This document shows, piece after piece, positions 56,057-64,000 of a stretch of 64,000 nucleotides of DNA; position 1 is the first letter of the stretch, and every line of letters starts with the position of its first letter. Below the pieces are notes generated by a model. That model made no database searches. It was not told the DNA's origin and saw only the letters and a program-made list of their open reading frames with translations. Origin of the DNA: Camelus dromedarius. Its lineage: Eukaryota. A program made the position numbers and the translations under genes. The stretch is taken from positions 95,296,001 to 95,360,000 of the forward strand of contig NC_087437.1 in assembly GCF_036321535.1 (NCBI RefSeq). The letters run 5' to 3'.

Positions 56057-57039
56057 TTAGAAATATAAGATTTGTTTCTCAACAGACAGAAGAATCCAAT
56101 GTCTCTATCCTGAGTTGTTTGTTTCCAAAGGAAAAATTGTAACTCCATTACAGTGATAGAACAAGTTGTACACAAAATTACTGAAAGACTTAAATTACTT
56201 TTTTCCTGGTTTGGGAGAGGGTCTGCCAGCCATATTGCACGTTTTGTCTTCTCCAGTGAGTGTAGCAGCAATGCTTTTGGAAGGACTTTTTGTTTCAGAA
56301 TTCACAGAGAAAGCAAACTGAGTTGTGGAACATGCCCACATCTGTTTCTTGCTGTGTGAAATCAACACACCCAAATGCCTGTATTTGCTATTATGAGTCA
56401 CTTCACCAGTAGCTTTAATATTCTTGGATCCTGCCTTAAGGCAGTTTGAGGTTTTCAATATTAGCTATGCATTTGTGAAGAATGCAGAAACTATGACAGC
56501 TGTAAAGTGAACTTAAACCTTTGTCCCCACTACAGTGGTCTCTACCCCGTAGACCTAAGTTAAAGTCTTTGATTAACGGCGATTCTGTCATATACTCACA
56601 TGAATGAATTTGTAAGATACATCCTCAGCTGTAAGCAAGGAGATAGTTAACATTTTATCTGAAAATTAATTTAAATCTTTTAAAATTTTAATCAACTTAT
56701 CCTTGTACATGAAGAGACAGTAGAACAACCTACATGAAATGAACCCATGTCAATTGGGAGAGTAGAAACAATGAAACAGGCATATAATTTTGAAATCAAA
56801 GAATTTTTCATCTCAGTTCCTTAGTCCTGAGCTTCAGTTTCCTCGCCTGTATAATGGGGCTAAAAATACCTACTCCACAGGATTGGACAAGGATGAAATT
56901 AACTAACCAATTTATAAACCTACAGGACTCATATTTCTTTTCTATTTTATGCCAGAAGACTTTGTTATTGGACTTGTATTTATTTCAGAGTCTAGACGAA
57001 AAATAAGGGAAGTTCGTAAAATTTGAAGAACATAGCTAG

Positions 57040-57675
57040 TGTGCTGAATAAGAGACTCAGACTTAAATATATCCAGACAGACTGGAATGGTGGGCCAGCA
57101 CTAACAAGATTAAAATTAATGGAGCAAATTTCAAAGTTTGGTACTTGAACTTGGGTTTTAAAAATTAGCTGTAGAAGGATAGGCTGAGGATACTGGGCTT
57201 AAAGGGAGCACATGTGAGCGTGTGTCAGGGTGGTGGGGGCAGGCCGACATCAGTGATGGAAGTCAATTAGAACAACTGTCTGAGCCAATTGAGTGAGTAG
57301 TTGCCAAAATTACAGATTTAGTCTCAGCTGGCATTCGCAGAATTATATGCAAATCAAAATCAGAACTGGTCAGATCACAAATGGAGTAACATGTTCTTTT
57401 TTGACCACTACATTTTCAGGTAAACTTTTCAGAGGAGGACAGTGAGGAGAGTTTGTGGGGCTGCACTGAAGGCTGAAAATCACATCCTTGGAAAAGAAAT
57501 CCAAGGACTTGGCATATATAATCCCCAAAATAATAAAGTTAGACTAGGCTCTGGGTTTTTTTCCCTTAATATTTTAAGAGACTATCATGTGAGAAAAGTA
57601 TGCTTACTCTAACTCCAGGCACCAAAACAAGACTGATGAGTGGAAGTTAACATGGAGGCAGATTTAATTGCTAGA
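57040..57675 (+). mobile_element. CR1/L3 LINE fragment
   Basis: gactggaatggtgggccagcactaacaagattaaaattaat...ggaagttaacatggaggcagattt. Confidence 0.6.
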
Positions 57676-57686
57676 CTAGACTGCTT

Positions 57687-58249
57687 TTTTTTTTTAAGTT
57701 TATATTGGAGTGTCATTGATTTACAGTGTTAGTTGCAGATGTACAGCAAAGTGATTCAGTTATACATGTATATATTTTTTCAGATTCTTTTCTATTGTAT
57801 GTTATCACAAGAAATTGAATATAGTTCCCTGTGCTATGCAGTAGGTCCTTGTTGTTTTATCTATTTTATATGTAGTAATGTGTGTCTGTTAATCCCCAGA
57901 CCCTAATTTATCCCTCCTCACCCTTTCCCCTTTCATAACCATAGTTTGTTCTCTATGTCCATGAGTCTGTTTTTGGTTTGTAAATAGAATTTGTGTCATT
58001 TTTTTAGATTCCACATGTAAGTGATATATGATATTTGTCTTTCTCTTTCTGACTTACTTCACTTAATATGATAATCTCTAGGACCATCCATGTTGCTGCA
58101 AATGGGATTATTTCATTCTTTCTATGGCTGAGTAATATTCCATTATATATATATATATATATATACACAATGGAATATTATATATATACCACATCTTCTT
58201 TATCCAGTCATCTGCTGATAGACATTTAGGTTGTTTCTGTATATTGTCC
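57687..58249 (-). mobile_element. L1 3' end with TSD
   Basis: poly-T plus L1 3' UTR; TSD agactgctt at 57678-57686 and 58250-58258. Confidence 0.85.
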
Positions 58250-58609
58250 AGACTGCTTCTGGGACAGGTGAAGCCCAGCTGATAGTCAAGCTATTATGGC
58301 CATAGCAGGAACCTGGGGAAATTCGGTTGAAGGGTACAGAATGTGTAAGTTAAGAGAAAAGCCAGGGGTGGAGGGAACTCAACAAAGACTTGTCGGTAAC
58401 TAATTCACAAGGGAACAGGCATAATTTCTCTAACTACTTCTGCAACATGGCTGTAAAAAAATTGTCCCCAAGTAGAGATTCCTGTGAATGAGCAGGTCAT
58501 AAGGTAGAGTTGCACAGATCCAGAGCATGGTTTCCAGGTCAGAGTAAGGTAGGCCCATATGTCACAGCTGGAGTTGGATCCCTTCACAGGGCAATCAAAA
58601 TGTACTTTC

Positions 58610-58733
58610 AGGGTGAGAGGGAAGGGTATAGCTCAGTGGTAGAGTGCATGCTCAGCATGCACAAGGTCCTAAGTTCAGTTCCCAGTAGCTCCATCAAAAA
58701 AAAAAACAAGTGAATGAATATTAATATTTTTTA
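58610..58733 (+). mobile_element. tRNA-derived SINE (Vic-1-like) with 13-bp TSD
   Basis: gggtatagctcagtggtagagtgcatgctcagcatgcacaaggtcctaagttcagttcccagtagctcc plus A tail; TSD aaaatgtactttc at 58597-58609 and 58734-58746. Confidence 0.85.
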
Positions 58734-58888
58734 AAAATGTACTTTCCCAAATATAAGATTTGGTAATGTAAGGGAGATGACATGAGCAGCTAGCAAGTAG
58801 GGGGGAGGGTGGACATTGCCGAGATGGGGGTGGTTGTTGCCTTTGTTACTATTATTCTTTATCCACGTTCTGTCCATGCAGCATTCTT

Positions 58889-59293
58889 TTTTTTTTTTTA
58901 TTGAAGTATAGTCAGTTTACAATGTTGTGTCAATTTCTGGTGTACAGCATAATAGTTCAGTCAGACATACACATACATATATTCGTTCTCATATTCTTTT
59001 TCATTATATGTTAGTATAAGATATTGAATATATTTCCCTGTGCTATACAGTAGAAACTTGTTGCTTATCTATTTTATATATAGTAGTTACTATCTGCAAA
59101 TCTCGAATTCCCAATTTAGCCCTTTAAAAAACAATAAAATAATACCATTTGCAGCAACATGGGTGGACCTGGAGATTGTCATTCTAAGTGAAATAAGCCA
59201 GAAAGAGAAAGAAAAATACCGTGTAATATCACTTATATGTGGAATTTAAGAAAAAGACAAATGAACTTATTTACAAAACAGAAACAGACCTAG
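58889..59293 (-). mobile_element. 5'-inverted (twin-primed) L1 insertion
   Basis: Antisense 3' tail 58889-59123 joined to a sense upstream L1 segment 59124-59289; TSD gcagcattctt / gcagcactctt. Confidence 0.85.
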
Positions 59294-59939
59294 GCAGCAC
59301 TCTTGAGCCCTGTCTTTTAAAGAATATGTACACAAACACAGAATGTACAGAATACGTAAAGTCTAGACAGTGAGAGGCCAGCTAGTGTAAATAATGAACT
59401 GGGGCTGGAGAACCTTCCCCTCAGAGACTGTGTATAGAGAGCTCCCATGCTGGGGTAGCAGTTGAATGGAATCATGTCTGAGATTTTCACCAAGTTTAAT
59501 TCTGAAGACGTTTTACATTACAATACATTTCTTTCTTTCAGAAGAGGGAAAACAAGAACAACAAAGGCGCCAATGAAAAAACATCTCAATGTGGCGTGAT
59601 TAGATGTTACTTTCCCTTTCTCTCTACGATGGGAAGTTTTCTAAAACAATATTCTATCGCCAAAATAGTTACACGAGGCAAGAGAATTCAGTAATTTTCA
59701 TGAAGGGATGAACTGGCAAGTTTACCCAACCAGAGAAATCAGAGATTGCAATGCAAATTATAGTAATTACCTTTTAAAGTGGTTACTTACAGGTTTGAAG
59801 ATACCTCCTGAAAGGCAGATGATTCCCTGAGGATGGAAACTTACATATGATAACATGTTTAGAAGCGAATATAATATGTGTGTGTTTTCCATACAGTAAA
59901 TCACATTGTCTCAACTAACGTTTGTGCCGTTCTGTATGT

Positions 59940-60195
59940 GTGGCACTGTGCTAAGGTGGTCTAGGTTCACAAAGGTTGACCCAATCCCTACCTTTAATAA
60001 AAGGACTTTACATGCCTTACAAAATGCAGCTCTCCCCCAAATCCTCAGAAGTAGCTTCCATGGATATTGCCATTTGACAAATGGGGAAACAGAAAAATCG
60101 TGAGGTTAAGACATCTTCCCACAGTTACATGGCTGTCAGGTTGCTGAGTTGGGGAGTTGCCTAGTCTGTTTTATTCCAAGCACTTCACTCTTACC
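59940..60195 (-). mobile_element. MIR SINE
   Basis: ggcactgtgctaag...ccatttgacaaatggggaaacaga...gaggttaagacatcttcccacagttacatggct. Confidence 0.6.
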
Positions 60196-61538
60196 CTAGA
60201 GATGGACGATAGCTGAAGTTAGAGCAGCGATGGAGACCAGGAGGAAAGGAGTAAGCCTGAGATGGGAAGCCGAGTGCTATCCATCTCTAGGGTGTGACGG
60301 TAGGCAGCCCGGGGGCCAGTATTAGCCGAAGCAATTCCTAAGGTATGATAATAAGTGAGAGAAGCCAAAATTATCTCAGTTTTTCTTGTTTTGCTTGTTT
60401 ATAGGTTGATTTTTATAGGCTCAGTATATAGACAGTCAAGGTTATTACATCTTAGTCTTGAAAAGCAGTCCGAATCTGTCATCTCTTTCATTTATTTGCC
60501 TATGGGCCCCATCAAAGGTATTTACTGATCTCATTTTAAATATTCATGTTTTTGTTTTCTATCCAAACTCAGTTCTTTGAAGGTATTTAATCATTCGGAA
60601 AACTAAAGTTCTCGTTTCTGTTGCTCACGGGATGGTAAATAGTCTAGAATATATGTGCCAAGATACAGTACTCTGGGAAGGAGAATTCTGGATGTAAAGC
60701 AAATTTTTAATTTTCTTCTCTTGTTCATCCTGTGTCCTCCTTTTCTATTGTAAACCAAGCAAAGTATCTGTATTTAGAAAATCTCTTAGAAATGAGCAAT
60801 TTTTATCAAGTGCAGACTTTGTAGTAAGTTTAACAAAACCCCTCCTTGGGAAAAGAAGTGCAACTTAAATGACCTCTAGTAACAGTTTAATGCTTACTAT
60901 GTTCTTGGTCTCCTTTCTAAAAATACTGGTGTTCTTGAGATTTAAAACTCTTAATTGAACCTTTGCTGGCGCTGTAGTAACTCAACTCAGACAAACCATC
61001 TGTTACGTAGGTATTAAGTACTCTTTTCTCATCTTATTTTGTTCTCTTCTATTCCATTCTATTCTGTTGATGTTTTCTGTATCCCTCATCATAACCACTA
61101 ACATCATACATCTTATTTGGGAAGATACCCAGGTTCATCCTATAAGATGAGAAGTGTCTAATTTATTTTGTGCTTGTTTATTCCTTATGCATTTCCATTC
61201 TCTTCATTACCCACCTACTGTGCTGAAAATCCGGGCTCTTTTCTTTCTTGCATGGTCAGGATAACTACGGAAGGTCATGCAACAAACGCAGAGGGGACTG
61301 TCCTAGGCTCCTCATTCTTGGCAAGAAAGTGACCCTTACATGATGGGAGGAGCCCTCAAACACTGCTGCTTGCCATTGTTATCTTTGCCTCCTGCTCCTT
61401 TTTGCCTTCTACATGCCCTCTCTCTGTATGTCCTGTCCTCCTGATCCAAGTAAAAATGTTAAGTTGTTCCTCTTTTATTCTGCATCACAGGCTGGCTTCG
61501 CAGTTGGAATGATTCTTCTTTTCTGAGGTTTGCTATGA

Positions 61539-61772
<234 letters not shown>

Positions 61773-62434
61773 TGATCTCAGTTTTAATAAGCAGATGGCT
61801 TTTGGGAGATCATTATACGAAAAAAAATACATATACAACAGATAGTTAAATTATATCTACCTGTTGCTTACTTCTCCGTCAATGATAATTTTATAGTGTA
61901 AGCATTGTTTATTATGGTAGCTGTGAAACGGCTTTAAATAGAGAAAAATTTCATCTTGTGTGTATTTTATATTATGCTATAGTAGTGAACTTAGCAGTCT
62001 CAGGGAAAACACAGAATATTATGATTATATGTAACTTGTGATAGGATCATTAGCGTATGAATTTTTAAACTGAGAAATATTTCTAAACAGTATCAAGTAG
62101 TCTTTTAAGATTAGAAAGTGGAAAAACATTTTATTTCCTCATCTCCTTGATACCCTGACTTACCTTTAGATGTCTGTCACAGAACTTCCATGATGCCTCA
62201 CATTTTTACATGAAGCATAGAAATTAATACCTAATATTATATACTAAGCTAAAAAGTGAACATATTATAAAAGATTGTGAGTTTTTTTTAGTATTCTACT
62301 TTGTATAAACTAGAAAACTGTGGGATAAAGCCAGGTAGAATTTTTTGCATTTTTATCACATTTCATTCTTATAATTTTCTAACAAGTCAATAAAAAGATA
62401 TGAATGATTGCATTTTTATTTATCATTTTAATAG

Positions 62435-62683
<249 letters not shown>

Positions 62684-63028
62684 TGATTACCATGCATTGC
62701 AGTACTTTTGTTAGGCTTTTATTAACTTAATTGAAAAATTTCAATGTTAATAGTGACACTAATTATTAACTGTCTTGATGGTGAGCATTGTATTTTGCTA
62801 ATAGAACCTGTTTAATCAGAACTGCTAAAAAACAAAATTCTCTAGTACTTGACTTGCTTTATTAGAGGCCTATATAAAAACATGCAAATATGAACATCGT
62901 ATTACTCAATGACATAGATATATTTAATTATTCAGAACTAAAGTTCACGTATAAAGACTGAATTATTCTCAAGTTGCTAGTATTTACATTCATTTATCAA
63001 ATTTTATTTTGAACGATGGTTTGTAAAT

Positions 63029-63137
63029 AAGGTGAGAAATTTCTTGGTTTGCCCAGGACCTTTTGGGGTTAGCGTTTTATGCCTCATGTCCCTGGAAATC
63101 CCTCAGCCCTAGACAAAGCAGTATGTTTGGCTACCCT
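63029..63137. mobile_element. MER96-like (hAT) miniature DNA transposon
   Basis: ttggtttgcccaggac...gtccctggaaatccctcagccctagacaaagc...ttggctaccct with degenerate terminal inverted repeats. Confidence 0.5.
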
Positions 63138-63601
63138 ATAACTGGAAATTAAAAATTAATATTTACATAAAGGTAAATTTTACACATCATAAGTATACTC
63201 TTTAAAAATAACCAGAATTTTTCCTAAAATGTCTATTACTTTGATTACAATAAATTAAAGGATACAGTTAATATGATATCATGAATGATTAACATTTATC
63301 TTTACACTTTTGAACATTTTTAGGGAGACATGGGACTTGGGTTAGAGGATAGGAGAAAGGGAAATTGTCCTGGGATGTTTTGTGGTGAAAATCTGCATAA
63401 CTTTGGTTATGGAAAATTCACAGTAACAATAGTTTAGCAATATTGAGGAAAAACTTACATAGTTTGAAATTATTCAGACTTGGATGTACATCTTGAAAAT
63501 ATATGCATATGTTGATATAAATTTTATATATGTTTTGCTTGACTTTAAATATTAAATGCTTGCTTGTTCTCTAATGTGTTCATAATACATCTATTTTTTA
63601 A

Positions 63602-63808
<207 letters not shown>

Positions 63809-63827
63809 TAAATTGTTCATGGATATT

Positions 63828-63845
63828 TGGCGCCATCTGCTGGTC
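63828..63845 (-). promoter_or_regulatory. CTCF core motif
   Basis: Minus strand GACCAGCAGATGGCGCCA, a close match to the CTCF core consensus CCASYAGRKGGCRC. Confidence 0.65.
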
Positions 63846-64000
63846 TACGTAGCAGCATGTAAAATTATTTTTAAAATACTTTCCTATCTCTTCAGTAATT
63901 GTGGAATAATTCTTAAGCCATTTGAAAAAAAAATGTAAAAGACAGAATTTACCTGATAATAATATATAATATATAGGTACATATAATTTAACACAAACAA

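Noticed and set aside
58625..58695. tRNA-like sequence (also at 30920-31000 and 34560-34630)
   Set aside because: Degenerate cloverleaf with A-rich tail, and TSDs at two of the three copies; these are SINE heads, not tRNA genes

Overview
Mammalian genomic DNA, mostly intronic, from inside the axon-guidance receptor gene ROBO1 on the + strand. Twelve constitutive coding exons (14831-63736) splice in phase into one ORF running from the C-terminal half of Ig2 through Ig3-Ig5, FN3-1 and FN3-2 to the start of FN3-3. Neither end of the gene is in the window. The known 9-nt alternative microexon (e6b, V-G-S in the Ig3-Ig4 linker) lies at 38652-38660 with a dense YCAY (NOVA-type) cluster. One intron has a non-canonical GC donor (62667). 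The tRNA-derived SINEs resemble camelid Vic-1, and no Alu, Bov-tA, PRE-1 or Can-SINE was recognised, so the source is probably a camelid (inference). The remaining sequence holds L1, L2, CR1/L3, MIR and MER fragments, microsatellites and a few unique enhancer-like blocks. I cannot support a wholly new biological system. The best novelty candidate is a frame-preserving 21-nt microexon-like element at 8461-8481 (RTVEKPT, within Ig2) with a full set of splice signals, which I do not recognise as annotated. Other notable items are a twin-primed inverted L1, a template-switch palindrome and a strong CTCF motif. Repeat family names come from remembered consensus sequences, and their boundaries are approximate.
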